Source: Nitrospinaceae bacterium
GTDB lineage: Bacteria > Nitrospinota > Nitrospinia > Nitrospinales > VA-1
Assembly: GCA_046754465.1 (NCBI GenBank)
Contig: JBHHVU010000040.1
Span: 1 to 29,246 of the forward strand
Length of the DNA stretch: 29,246 nucleotides
Direction: 5' to 3'
Shown here: in pieces, positions 17,321 through 27,307 of the stretch
Layout: each line of letters opens with the position of its first letter
Numbering within the stretch: position 1 is the first letter of the stretch
Notes under the pieces: generated by a model
The model's input: the letters and a program-made list of their open reading frames with translations, nothing else
Databases searched by the model: none
What the model was told of the DNA's origin: nothing
Made by a program: the position numbers and the translations under genes

Positions 17321-18001
17321 ATGTCCATTTCCCAAGATCTGGCCCAAATAGCGCTGGAGACCGGCGCCATTCAAATCAATACCGGGAAGCCTTTTGTCTG
17401 GGCATCGGGCTATTCCATGCCGGTATACAACGACAACCGGCGGTTGTTGGGAAAGGTGCAACACCGGATGCTCGTGGCCCGGGGATTCCAATCCCTCCTA
17501 CAGCAGTTTCGCATTCCGGTAGACGTGATAGCAGGAACGGCCACCGCCGGGATTCCTCACGCAACCACCTTGGCGAATCTTCTCGAAACTCCCTTGATTT
17601 ATGTCAGGAGCGCCCCCAAGAAACACGGTATGCAAAACCAGGTCGAAGGGATTCTAAAGAAAGATCAACAAGCCGTGGTGATTGAAGATTTGATTTCCAC
17701 CGGCGGAAGCGCTTTAAAGGTGGTGGAGGCGATTCGCCTGGCGGGGGGAAAGGCCGGTCACTGCCTGTGCATTTTTAATTATGGTTTTCCGGCGACCGTG
17801 GAATATTTTCGGGAGGCCGGCTGCAAATTGCATTCCCTGCTCACGTTTGAAGAGCTTATTTCCCATGCCGAAAAAACAGGATCCCTCAGTAAAAACCAGA
17901 CCGGGATTCTTCGTTCCTGGTATCAGGATCCTTTCGGCTGGGGCGGCCGGCAGGGCCTTTCTCCCAGCCCAGCCAATCCGGATGGCCGCGAAGAGAAATG
18001 A
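17321..18001 (+). CDS. pyrE: Orotate phosphoribosyltransferase
   Basis: FVWASG, YNDNR, IAGTATAGIPHA, YVRSAPKKHG, PRPP-binding VVIEDLISTGGS. Confidence 0.95.
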   Translation: MSISQDLAQIALETGAIQINTGKPFVWASGYSMPVYNDNRRLLGKVQHRMLVARGFQSLLQQFRIPVDVIAGTATAGIPHATTLANLLETPLIYVRSAPKKHGMQNQVEGILKKDQQAVVIEDLISTGGSALKVVEAIRLAGGKAGHCLCIFNYGFPATVEYFREAGCKLHSLLTFEELISHAEKTGSLSKNQTGILRSWYQDPFGWGGRQGLSPSPANPDGREEK

Positions 18002-18059
18002 AACACCGCGTTCCCTTCCGGAACCCGCGAAATGGGGCGCCCACGCCGCCATATAACTG

Positions 18060-18088
18060 TTGACAGGCCAAGGGATTGATAATACCAT
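18060..18088 (+). promoter_or_regulatory. Sigma70-type promoter for the PorD/ForD-like gene
   Basis: TTGACA-N17-TACCAT. Confidence 0.6.
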
Positions 18089-18246
18089 AACATCCTCTAA
18101 AATCAGTACCCCCCGGTATGTTCCCCTTCCCCTGCGAAAATTTTTTTCTGAAGGGCGGGAAAATTATTAAATCCAATAAATTCCCGGGCCGCTTTGCCTT
18201 GGCGGATTTATTATCCAATTAAAGATTTTGATGGAGGTTATCACGG

Positions 18247-18966
18247 ATGGGCAAATTAACTGTGGGACCCATTGGCTTATTACCCCCTTCCGCGGCGGCT
18301 ACGGGTATTTTCCAGCCGGAGAAGGGTTCTGGATACCAATTGGTCGAGGGAGAGCACGTCCCCGAAGATAAAGCGATTGAAATCGCCGCGAGAAAATTGC
18401 TGACACTGCGCAACCCCACCTTGTTCCCCGGTCCCATGATTGTCTGGGGTTGGACGGATGAAACAATCCACAAGGCCGAACTGGCCATGGAACTGGTCCG
18501 GGAAGTCCCGGGAATGAACGTCATTCCCATGCCCGATTACCGGCCGATCTATCCAAAAATCGATCCCGAGGCGGTGATGAATCCTTGTCATCCCAACCTG
18601 ACCATCCAGCACAATAAAATCAATGTCTGCATCTTCATTGGCGTCCATTGCCACTTCGCCAACATCACGCTGAAGATGATCCGGGCAGGCACCAATTGCT
18701 ATACCATGGCGTTCTGTCAGTATGATGGCCATGAAGATGCCCTGTTATCCATTCGCGACCTCAACGCCGAGAAAATTCAAAAAATAATCCAGGCCGTGAA
18801 GGATGCGAAGAAATCCGGTATCACTCCCTGGGCCCTCACGCCGGAAGGCAAGGAAGAGCTGGAGGAGGTCAAGGCCCGGAAAGATAAATTATTGGAAACG
18901 AACAAGGAAAACATAGAGATCTTCATGGCCGATCTGGAACAAGGCCTGGACGAAAACGCCGAATGA
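18247..18966 (+). CDS. Delta subunit (PorD/ForD type) of five-subunit 2-oxoacid:ferredoxin oxidoreductase (often annotated CO dehydrogenase beta-subunit family)
   Basis: GGAGG RBS. LPPSAA, PTLFPGP, IPMPDYRPIYPKIDPE, NPCHPNLTI, GVHCHFAN and GHEDA match recalled Nitrospira/Aquificae PorD/ForD motifs. POR cannot be told from OGOR by eye. Confidence 0.85.
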   Translation: MGKLTVGPIGLLPPSAAATGIFQPEKGSGYQLVEGEHVPEDKAIEIAARKLLTLRNPTLFPGPMIVWGWTDETIHKAELAMELVREVPGMNVIPMPDYRPIYPKIDPEAVMNPCHPNLTIQHNKINVCIFIGVHCHFANITLKMIRAGTNCYTMAFCQYDGHEDALLSIRDLNAEKIQKIIQAVKDAKKSGITPWALTPEGKEELEEVKARKDKLLETNKENIEIFMADLEQGLDENAE

Positions 18967-19010
18967 CCCGGCCGTCCGCCTAAATCCGGTCCTCCGAACC
19001 CCAATGGCCC

Positions 19011-19040
19011 GCCTCCCCCTGCCCGGGGGGAGGCTTTTTT
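19011..19040 (+). terminator. Rho-independent terminator
   Basis: GCCTCCCCC-TGCCCG-GGGGGAGGC followed by TTTTTT. Confidence 0.9.
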
Positions 19041-19425
19041 GTGTCTTACTCCGCGGCCCCCATCACCCTCATTCCTTCCTTCTATTCACCCCCGTAAAGG
19101 AAAAAATAAAATTTTATAATTTTACATTGCAAATGAATGAAATATGTTTTAGGCTTATTATATACTTGATATTTAAGCCCGTAACCATGGCCAGGTTTCC
19201 TATAAATAATTTTTCTCCTCCAATTGCTTGCACGAAGAGGACATGAAACGGGTCCGGGCATGGAATTTTTTTCTAAAAATGGTCTCCGAACTGGCATTTT
19301 AAACCTTTGGGACTTCTCCAGGGATGTGCCATGTTGGAGATTTGTTGGAGTCCGGTCAATCCGGAAGAATAATTTACAATCATTATTTTTTGATTGAACA
19401 CAGATCAGAAACTAAGGAGGTTCCT

Positions 19426-19797
19426 GTGCGTGCTTTGGTTATAGACGATTCAAAAGCCATTCGACTGATCCTTGGAAAAATTCTCAAGGATCTGGGCTTT
19501 GACGTGGTAGATGCCTCTAACGGGTTTGAAGCACTGGAACGGCTAAGGGATAACGGGAAAATGGATATCGCCCTTGTGGATTGGAACATGCCCGAAATGA
19601 ATGGATTCGAATTCATTTGTGAGGTTCGGAAAGATGATTCCTATAAGGACATGCCCCTCATGATGGTCACGACGGAAACGGAAATGACTCAAGTGATCAA
19701 AGCCCTCAAGGCGGGTGCCAATGAATATGTCATGAAACCGTTCACGAAGGAAATGATCCTGGAAAAACTCAATCTAATGGGAATCGCCTCCTACTGA
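19426..19797 (+). CDS. cheY: Chemotaxis response regulator CheY
   Basis: AAGGAGG then GTG 19426. LVIDDS, LVDWNMPEMNG, MVTTE, YVMKPF. Single REC domain directly before cheB. Confidence 0.93.
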   Translation: MRALVIDDSKAIRLILGKILKDLGFDVVDASNGFEALERLRDNGKMDIALVDWNMPEMNGFEFICEVRKDDSYKDMPLMMVTTETEMTQVIKALKAGANEYVMKPFTKEMILEKLNLMGIASY

Positions 19798-19800
19798 TTC

Positions 19801-20952
19801 ATGTCGCAAACCCGAATTCTTATCGTTGACGACCAGGTGACACTTCGCCATTTACTCAGGGAGGCGATGAAGGAATTTATCAACCTGGAAATAGCCGGTT
19901 CCGTCTCCAACGGAAAACTTGCCTTAAGTAAAATTCCTCAGGTGAACCCCGATATCATTTTCCTGGATGTGGATATGCCCGAAGAAAACGGCCTGCAAAC
20001 TCTTTTGAAAATCCGGAAAACGTATCCAGACTTGCCGGTTCTGATGTTGGCCCATCGGAAGGAACCCCGCCAGGCGGCAATGGTGTTGGATGCAATGGCC
20101 GCCGGAGCAAACGGTTATATTTTCAAACCGAAAAATTCCTCCCCCTCAGCGGGGCAACAAGAAGGATTGCGCAGAGAAATTCTGGCAAAAATCAAATCTT
20201 TTTCCCCGGAATTACAGCTCACGCCCGCTCGTCTTGAATCGAAAACCAAACCTTTATCCCAAGTGGGAAATGCCGCTCCCCCCACCCAAATTTCCCATCA
20301 CCCGCGCGTCGATGGGACCGTGAAAAAACCCCGCCGGGTCGATATCCTGGCTATCGGGGTTTCCACCGGGGGACCGCAGGCTTTAGCAAAAATTCTACCT
20401 TCATTTTCCAAGGATTTTCCTGTTCCCATCGTCATCGTTCAACACATGCCAGTCAATTTCACGGATCTTCTTGCAAAACGGTTGCACGCCAAATCATCTA
20501 TCAACGTGGCGGAAGCGAGAGACGGGGATATTCTAGAACCCGGCGGGGCCTGGTTGGCTCCCGGGGACCGGCACATGATCGTCAAACGGGTAACGGACAA
20601 AATATGCATCCACACCCACCGGGGTCCCCCGGAAAACTCGTGCCGGCCCGCCGTCGACGTATTGTTTCATTCCGTCGCCCAAACCTTCGGCGGCGGCACC
20701 TTGGCGGTCGTCCTCACCGGTATGGGACGGGATGGGCTTCGCGGTTGCGAAAAGATCCATGCCACCGGCGGAAAAATATGGGTTCAAGACGAAGACTCCA
20801 GCGTGGTTTGGGGAATGCCCGGCTACGTGCATCGGGCTGGACTCGCCGAGGAAATTTATTCTTTGGAGACCTTTGCCGCCAATATCACCCATCGTGTTTG
20901 GCAAGGGCAGTCCCGGCCTTCATACCAAACTGGAATGGATATCAGTGCTTAA
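19801..20952 (+). CDS. cheB: Chemotaxis methylesterase/deamidase CheB
   Basis: N-terminal REC (IVDD, FLDVDMP, FKP). Esterase triad motifs GVSTGGP, VQHMP, LTGMGRDG, plus SVVWGMP. Confidence 0.96.
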   Translation: MSQTRILIVDDQVTLRHLLREAMKEFINLEIAGSVSNGKLALSKIPQVNPDIIFLDVDMPEENGLQTLLKIRKTYPDLPVLMLAHRKEPRQAAMVLDAMAAGANGYIFKPKNSSPSAGQQEGLRREILAKIKSFSPELQLTPARLESKTKPLSQVGNAAPPTQISHHPRVDGTVKKPRRVDILAIGVSTGGPQALAKILPSFSKDFPVPIVIVQHMPVNFTDLLAKRLHAKSSINVAEARDGDILEPGGAWLAPGDRHMIVKRVTDKICIHTHRGPPENSCRPAVDVLFHSVAQTFGGGTLAVVLTGMGRDGLRGCEKIHATGGKIWVQDEDSSVVWGMPGYVHRAGLAEEIYSLETFAANITHRVWQGQSRPSYQTGMDISA

Positions 20953-20967
20953 AACGAAGGAATTTCT

Positions 20968-21792
20968 ATGACTATCAGTCCCGGTGATTTCGATTACATC
21001 AGCAAACTGGTCCGAGACCTCTCAGCTATTGTTCTGGAACCTGGCAAGGAATACCTGGTCGAATCACGAATCAATCCCCTGGCCCAACAGGAAAATTTTG
21101 CATCCATCGAAGAACTGGTGAAGAAATTACGCTCGAATTCGAGCAACGGTCTCCGGGAAAAGGTCGTCGAAGCCATGACCACCAACGAGACCTCTTTTTT
21201 CCGGGACATCCATCCCTTTGAAACCTTGAAATCCTCGGTGCTGCCAGAATTGATCAAAAAACGCGAAAGCAAACGCGAGTTGAGTATCTGGTGCGGGGCC
21301 AGTTCCAGCGGACAGGAACCCTACACCCTCGCGATGCTCCTTTCAGAAAACTTCCCGGCCCTGTCCTCCTGGAAAATCACCTTCATCGCCAGCGATATCT
21401 CCAACGAAATGCTTGAACGGTGCCGGAAAGGTATATTCAGCCAGTTGGAAATCAACCGCGGCCTGCCCGCCCATTTAATGGTGAAATATTTTGAGAGGAA
21501 GGGAACGGAATGGCAGATTCGGGAGGACCTCCGCAAGATGATCGATTTCCGATTCATGAATCTTGCCGAAAATTGGCCCTACATGCCGCCGATGGACCTG
21601 ATAATGATGAGAAATGTTTTGATCTATTTCGACGTAGAAATGAAAAAAAATATCCTCTGCAACATACGCCAAATATTAAGGCCGGATGGCTACCTTTTTC
21701 TGGGCGCCGCCGAAACCACCTTGAACCTGGATGAATCCTTTGAACGAATGAATTATAAACAATCCGGTTGTTACCGTATTAGACAGGAATAG
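20968..21792 (+). CDS. cheR: Chemotaxis methyltransferase CheR
   Basis: MTTNETSFFRD, IWCGASSSGQEPY, ASDIS, RNVLIYF, GYLFLGAAE. Confidence 0.96.
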   Translation: MTISPGDFDYISKLVRDLSAIVLEPGKEYLVESRINPLAQQENFASIEELVKKLRSNSSNGLREKVVEAMTTNETSFFRDIHPFETLKSSVLPELIKKRESKRELSIWCGASSSGQEPYTLAMLLSENFPALSSWKITFIASDISNEMLERCRKGIFSQLEINRGLPAHLMVKYFERKGTEWQIREDLRKMIDFRFMNLAENWPYMPPMDLIMMRNVLIYFDVEMKKNILCNIRQILRPDGYLFLGAAETTLNLDESFERMNYKQSGCYRIRQE

Positions 21793-21796
21793 GACA

Positions 21797-22285
21797 ATGC
21801 AATTCATAGAAAACGAAATTTGCGAATATACCGAAAACATTTGGAAGTCCACCCTCGCCCTGGAAGCAAAACCCACCCAGGATGAATACAACCCCGGAAA
21901 ACAAAAAGATTTCCTGGCGGGATGTGTTCAGATTACCGGATCATGGGAAGGAACGGTGGCTATTCATTGTCCCATGTCCCTGGCCCGTCAAGTGGCGGCG
22001 ATCATGTTTTCCCTGGAAGAAAATTCCATCGACAAGGAACAAATCCAAGACGCCCTGGGGGAACTGGCCAACATGACCGGAGGCAATATCAAATCTCTGC
22101 TTCCCGAACCCTGTTATCTTTCCCTCCCGGCCGTGGCCCTTACCAGCTCGGCCTTGCGAATCCCCGGGAGTGAATTGTTAACCAAGGTTACTTTTGAATG
22201 CAACGGCAACCATTTCCTGGTCTCCTTGCTCAAAAGAATTGAGGCGGATGGGGACGGAACCGAATCCACCGAGGAAGCTCCTTAA
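21797..22285 (+). CDS. cheX: CheY-P phosphatase CheX (copy 1)
   Basis: VQITGSWEGTV and DALGELANMTGGNIK (catalytic ExxN), LSLPAV. Confidence 0.9.
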   Translation: MQFIENEICEYTENIWKSTLALEAKPTQDEYNPGKQKDFLAGCVQITGSWEGTVAIHCPMSLARQVAAIMFSLEENSIDKEQIQDALGELANMTGGNIKSLLPEPCYLSLPAVALTSSALRIPGSELLTKVTFECNGNHFLVSLLKRIEADGDGTESTEEAP

Positions 22286-22411
22286 TAATAGAACCGGGGA
22301 GAGGCTGTTTCTCAAAGGACCGTCTTTCAATCACGCGGTTTGCGTAAAAATCCTTGTTCCTCGGCCTGCACCCATCCTGAAAGCGGTTCAAACTGAAAAA
22401 ATAGGAATTTC

Positions 22412-22903
22412 ATGCAGTTCCTGGAAAACGAAATCAGGCAGTATACCGAATTGATTTGGTCTTCTCTCCTGGAAATGGAAATCCGCCCCTTCGGCGGAGA
22501 TTTCCGTAGGACACGGGAAAATTCGGTTATGGCCGGGGTCCAGATAAACGGCACCTGGAATGGCGCCGTCTGTCTCGATTTTTCTTCCGACCTGGCGTGC
22601 CAGATCACGGAAAAAATGTTTAACCTTCCACCCGGCCAGGCAGGCATGGAGGAAATTCTCGATGCGATTTCAGAAGTCACCAACATGATTGGGGGAAACT
22701 TGAAATCCCTTCTTCCCGAACCCAACCGTCTTTTCCTGCCCATCGTGGCCATGAATGGCCACAGTTTGCATTTTCCCGGCACCGAACGGGTGAGTGAGGT
22801 GATTTTTTATTGCCAGGGAAAGCCATTCAGCGTTTCCATTTACAAAAGCGCCGGCAAACCGTTTCTAAAAAACAAATCCATAGGCGCTTTGTCCAGGAAA
22901 TGA
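22412..22903 (+). CDS. cheX: CheY-P phosphatase CheX (copy 2)
   Basis: VQINGTWNGAV and DAISEVTNMIGGNLK (ExxN), LFLPIV. Confidence 0.88.
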   Translation: MQFLENEIRQYTELIWSSLLEMEIRPFGGDFRRTRENSVMAGVQINGTWNGAVCLDFSSDLACQITEKMFNLPPGQAGMEEILDAISEVTNMIGGNLKSLLPEPNRLFLPIVAMNGHSLHFPGTERVSEVIFYCQGKPFSVSIYKSAGKPFLKNKSIGALSRK

Positions 22904-22906
22904 CCC

Positions 22907-23848
22907 TTGCTCCACACCAATTTCCTATACAATCCCAACGGAAAAGGGAGTTATTGTCATTGCCCTACGATCCTGGAATCCCAATCGGGTGACCTCCTGG
23001 TCGCCTGGTACACCTACCCACAACAAGAACATGCTGGGGCCACCCTGGCGTTGGTCCGCAAACCCAAGAGTCAAAACCGCTGGCTCCCCACGGAAAGCTG
23101 GATCTCTTCCAACACGTATTCCGTCGGCAATCCGGTTCTTTTCCAGGAACCCGAAGGGAGGATCTGGCTCCTCTTTGTCGTCTTAAAAGGAAATTATTGG
23201 AACGATGCCGTTCTGGAGGGAACTTGGTCGGACGATGATGGAAAAACCTGGTCCCAGCCCATCCAACTCTGGAAAAAGCACGGGCTGATGGTAAGGCATC
23301 CTCCTCTCCTGTTGGACGGCCATACTCTGCTTTTGCCCGCTTACGAAGAAAAATCCCGAAGAACCGTTCTCCTTTCGCGATCCCTCTCCGAAGAAGACTG
23401 GAAAGAGAGTTATCGGTTTCCCGGCCTCGACCTCATCCAACCGGCCCTGGTCCGTGAAGCCGGGGGACGGTTATCCTTGTATTTTCGGCCTTGCGGGAAC
23501 CCCCGCCGCATTTGGCGAAGTCATTCCAATTGCCAGGGCCGGTCCTGGTCAACCCCGGTACGGACCACCCTCCCCAATCCGTTTAGCGGGATCTCGGCGT
23601 TCGTCGCCGGGGAAAGGACCTTCGTGGTCCACAACCATACCGAAAAACATCAACGTTTCCCTCTTTCGATTTCATTCACCCGCGATGGCGGCGTCACTTG
23701 GGAAAAATCCTGGCATTTCGAGAATATTACCCATGAGGTTTCCTATCCTTCTTTTTTGACGGGACGCGACGGTATCATTCACGGCGTGTATACTTACAAC
23801 CGCCGAATGATTAAATACATAGCCCTGAGTTCCAACCATTTTTCATAG
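22907..23848 (+). CDS. BNR/Asp-box beta-propeller, sialidase-like (BNR_2 type)
   Basis: Asp-boxes SDDDGKTW, SNCQGRSW, TRDGGVTW. GDLLVAW, GNPVLF, TTLPNP, EVSYP. TTG start 3 nt after the cheX2 stop. No signal peptide. Confidence 0.85.
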   Translation: MLHTNFLYNPNGKGSYCHCPTILESQSGDLLVAWYTYPQQEHAGATLALVRKPKSQNRWLPTESWISSNTYSVGNPVLFQEPEGRIWLLFVVLKGNYWNDAVLEGTWSDDDGKTWSQPIQLWKKHGLMVRHPPLLLDGHTLLLPAYEEKSRRTVLLSRSLSEEDWKESYRFPGLDLIQPALVREAGGRLSLYFRPCGNPRRIWRSHSNCQGRSWSTPVRTTLPNPFSGISAFVAGERTFVVHNHTEKHQRFPLSISFTRDGGVTWEKSWHFENITHEVSYPSFLTGRDGIIHGVYTYNRRMIKYIALSSNHFS

Positions 23849-23852
23849 TTCC

Positions 23853-24455
23853 ATGAACCCCATCAAAACTTTTAAAAACCTGCACGAAAGTAAACGCCTG
23901 TTTATCCTAGCTTCCGGGCCTTCCTTGGGCCGTCTGGACCTTTCCCCCTTAAAGAGGCGCCTGGTTATGGGATTGAACCGGTCTTTCTTGATCTATCCGG
24001 ATAGTTATTACCATTGCGCGATGGATCATCGCCTCTTCGAGGAGTACCCCCAACCTTTGAAATCCGTCCGCTACCTTTTCACCCTCGAGGACAGGCCCTG
24101 GGGAATTCCCCTGAAACTGCTGGGGGCGGAAGGTTTTAGCTGGAATCTGGAGGAAGGGGTTTTCTCTGGATACACCATCGCCTACGTCGCCATGCAAATC
24201 GCTGTCTACATGGGATTCAGGGAGATATTTTACTTGGGGCTGGATTTAAAGCACGACGGTGGAAAAACCCATTTCTTCGGACATGATTTCCGGTCGCAAA
24301 ATCATGAAACAACGGAATTTCCCAGGATGTTGCGGATGCTGGAATACGGGGCAAAATCCTTGGCGGGAAAAGATGTCAAAATTTACAACTGCAATCCTTC
24401 TTCACGGGTGGAGTGCTTCCAAAAAGTTACTTACGAGTACGCCTTGTCTCTTTAG
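23853..24455 (+). CDS. DUF115/Maf (motility accessory factor)/MptE-like glycosyltransferase-fold protein
   Basis: FILASGPSL, MGLNR, GYTIAYVAMQIAVYMGFREIFYLGLD, THFF, IYNCN. Confidence 0.8.
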   Translation: MNPIKTFKNLHESKRLFILASGPSLGRLDLSPLKRRLVMGLNRSFLIYPDSYYHCAMDHRLFEEYPQPLKSVRYLFTLEDRPWGIPLKLLGAEGFSWNLEEGVFSGYTIAYVAMQIAVYMGFREIFYLGLDLKHDGGKTHFFGHDFRSQNHETTEFPRMLRMLEYGAKSLAGKDVKIYNCNPSSRVECFQKVTYEYALSL

Positions 24456-24536
24456 GGAAATCCTGAAAACTTCCAATCCGCCACCATGTAAAAACCCCGC
24501 CCGGAAAGAAAACTCAAAAGGAACGGAAGGTGCGAT

Positions 24537-24929
24537 TTAGGTCTTGCGCTTGAGGCCCAAATGGTCCTTGATTTCCCTTTCAACCTGGTCATGCTCTGAA
24601 TGGGAGTTATACCTCACCAGGTTTTGCAGATATTCATAACCTTCCAATTCGATTTCGGTAAAATCGATGGCCATCCCCGAATCGGTCGCCCGGGCCACCT
24701 TGCCTTTCAGATCGATGGGGATCGGCTGTTTCTCTCCTCCCAGCAACAGGGAAACCTTGCATTCCGACCCGGCGGGAAGGGTGGGATTGCATAGAAGGAA
24801 AATTCCTTTCATGCTTAAATCCCTGGTCTGGTCGGTCTTGATGGTCCTTTCACCAGATTGAATCACAACGGCAATATGAATGGGAATCCGGGTAAATTCC
24901 CGCAAATTTTTCTGCACCTTGCTGACCAT
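24537..24929 (-). CDS. Stand-alone PilZ-domain protein
   Basis: RxxxR (REFTR), DxSxxG (DLSMKG), GKVAR...GMAIDF. RBS AGGGG. Confidence 0.9.
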   Translation of the reverse strand: MVSKVQKNLREFTRIPIHIAVVIQSGERTIKTDQTRDLSMKGIFLLCNPTLPAGSECKVSLLLGGEKQPIPIDLKGKVARATDSGMAIDFTEIELEGYEYLQNLVRYNSHSEHDQVEREIKDHLGLKRKT

Positions 24930-25094
24930 AGGTTGTCCCCTGGATAAAGTTCAATAATATCAATATATTATAAAGGATTTGGCCCTCGAAATAAAGCCTC
25001 ATCTGCCCCTCTTTTCCCACATAATCTACTGGATTTATTAGGGCTTCCTCCCCCTTCCCCCAGGGAAATTATCGACAATAAAATACCAGGTTCA

Positions 25095-25124
25095 CTTGAC
25101 ATCCGCATTTGCTGATCTTATTCA
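25095..25124 (+). promoter_or_regulatory. Probable dnaK promoter
   Basis: CTTGACA at 25095-25101 followed by CTTATTC(A). It can be read as sigma70 TTGACA-N17-TATTCA or as RpoH-like CTTG-N18-CTTATTC. Confidence 0.4.
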
Positions 25125-25200
25125 AAGAAAGCGAGAAACACGGTCGAATTGTCATCAATAGTTGATTAAGACAACTTAAAAATAGAAAGGACTTGAACCC

Positions 25201-27111
25201 ATGGGAAAAATCGTAGGAATCGATTTAGGGACCACGAATTCGGTGGTCGCCGTAATGGAAGGAAACGAGCCAAAAGTTATCCTCAACGAGGAGGGAAGCC
25301 GCACCACGCCCTCGGTCGTCGCTTTCACCAAGGATGGAGAAATCCTTGTGGGTCAAGTCGCCAAGCGCCAGGCTATCGCCAACCCAACCAACACGATATT
25401 TTCCATCAAACGGTTCATGGGACGAACCTATGACGAAGTTTCCGAGGAAATGAAAATGGTCCCCTACACCGTGGTTAAGGGGTCCAAGAATGATGTAAAA
25501 ATCGAGGTCGGGAACAAACAGTATAGCCCTCCGGAAATTTCGTCCATGATCCTGCAAAAACTCAAAAAATCGGCCGAAGCCTATCTGGGTGAACCGGTGA
25601 CCGAGGCGGTGATCACGGTTCCCGCCTATTTCAACGACACGCAGCGGCAGGCCACCAAGGACGCCGGGAAAATTGCCGGACTGGAGGTGAAACGGATCAT
25701 TAACGAACCGACCGCCTCGGCCCTCGCGTATGGCCTGGACAAGAAAAACGACCAGATGATCGCCGTTTACGATTTCGGGGGCGGCACCTTCGACATCTCC
25801 ATCCTGGAGGTGGGTGACAACGTCGTTGAAGTCAAAGCCACTAATGGGGACACGCATCTGGGAGGCGACAACCTGGACCAGCGCATCATCGACTGGCTGG
25901 TGGCCGAATTCAAAAAGGACCAGGGCATCGATCTGGGCAAGGACAACATGGCCCTGCAACGGCTGAAAGAGGCGGCGGAAAAAGCAAAAATGGAACTTTC
26001 CACCACCAATGAAACGGAACTCAACCTGCCGTTCATCACCGCCGATGCCAGCGGACCGAAACACCTGAACATGAAATTGACCCGCGCTAAATTCGAAGCC
26101 ATGGTGGAAGACCTGATCGAAAGGTCGCACGAACCCTGTAACCGGGCCCTGGCCGATGCCGGATTGGATTCCAGCAAGATTCATGAAGCGGTCCTGGTGG
26201 GCGGGTCCACCCGCATCCCCAAGGTTCAAACCCTGGTTAAGGAGCTGTTCGGCCGGGAACCCCACCGAGGGGTGAACCCCGATGAAGTGGTGGCCCTGGG
26301 CGCGGCGGTGCAGGCCGGGGTGCTTTCCGGGGATGTCAAGGACATCCTTCTGCTCGACGTCACTCCCTTGTCCCTGGGTATCGAAACCTTGGGCGGCGTC
26401 ACCACGAAACTCATCGAGCGCAACACCACCATCCCAACCCGGAAAAGCGAAACCTTTTCCACTGCGTCGGACAACCAGCCCAGCGTGGAAATCAACGTCC
26501 TTCAGGGAGAACGCGAAATGTCCCGGGACAACCGGTCCCTGGGCAAGTTCCATCTCGACGGAATTCCCCCGGCCCCAAGAGGGGTTCCCCAGATTGAGGT
26601 CACGTTCGATATTGACGCCAACGGCATTATCAACGTCACCGCTAAGGACAAGGGAACCCAGAAAGAACAAAAAATCACCATCACCGATTCTACCGGCTTG
26701 AACGAGGAAGAAATTGAAAAAATGGTCAAGGATGCCGAAGCAAACGCCGAAGCGGATAAGAAGCGCCGGGAAAAAATCGATGTCAAAAATCAGCTCGACT
26801 CGATCATCTACAGCACCGAAAAAACCATCCGTGAAAACAAGGAAAAACTGAAAGAGGAGGATGTCAAGGCCGCCGAAGAAGCCATCACCGAAGCTCGCAC
26901 ACACCTGGAAGATGAAGTGGAACCGATGAAGGAGCAGATCGAAAAACTCAACCAGATCGCCCATACCATTGCCCAGGCCATGTACGCGCAAGCCCAAAAA
27001 CCCGGCGAGGGCGAGCAGCAAGGTTCCTCCACCGAGGGTGACGCGGATAAAAAAGACAAAAACGATGAGGATGTGGTGGACGCCGAGTTCGAGGATATCG
27101 GGAAAAAATAA
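25201..27111 (+). CDS. dnaK: Chaperone DnaK (Hsp70)
   Basis: [53 protein letters not shown]-terminal VVDAEFE. Confidence 0.99.
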   Translation: MGKIVGIDLGTTNSVVAVMEGNEPKVILNEEGSRTTPSVVAFTKDGEILVGQVAKRQAIANPTNTIFSIKRFMGRTYDEVSEEMKMVPYTVVKGSKNDVKIEVGNKQYSPPEISSMILQKLKKSAEAYLGEPVTEAVITVPAYFNDTQRQATKDAGKIAGLEVKRIINEPTASALAYGLDKKNDQMIAVYDFGGGTFDISILEVGDNVVEVKATNGDTHLGGDNLDQRIIDWLVAEFKKDQGIDLGKDNMALQRLKEAAEKAKMELSTTNETELNLPFITADASGPKHLNMKLTRAKFEAMVEDLIERSHEPCNRALADAGLDSSKIHEAVLVGGSTRIPKVQTLVKELFGREPHRGVNPDEVVALGAAVQAGVLSGDVKDILLLDVTPLSLGIETLGGVTTKLIERNTTIPTRKSETFSTASDNQPSVEINVLQGEREMSRDNRSLGKFHLDGIPPAPRGVPQIEVTFDIDANGIINVTAKDKGTQKEQKITITDSTGLNEEEIEKMVKDAEANAEADKKRREKIDVKNQLDSIIYSTEKTIRENKEKLKEEDVKAAEEAITEARTHLEDEVEPMKEQIEKLNQIAHTIAQAMYAQAQKPGEGEQQGSSTEGDADKKDKNDEDVVDAEFEDIGKK

Positions 27112-27307
27112 ATCCCCGGGCAAGGGCCGGTAAAGTGGGTTTTAATCCTCCTTTCGGGGCGGGGAACCGCTCCAGGGCCGGGCTCCCGCGTGCGAAGCCG
27201 CGGAACTCATGCCGGTTGCGGGAGAGCGCCCGGAGAGGGCCCGGCGGACCCCTTCCATCATTTCCAACTCCGGTTAAAGGCGGCGGAAAACGCCGAAAGT
27301 GAACTCC

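Noticed and set aside
18247..18966. True CO dehydrogenase/acetyl-CoA synthase subunit
   Set aside because: Motifs fit the PorD/ForD subgroup, and no CODH/ACS genes are nearby.
25225..27123. 632-aa ORF antisense to dnaK
   Set aside because: Well-known antisense shadow frame of hsp70 genes caused by codon bias. It fully overlaps a bona fide dnaK.
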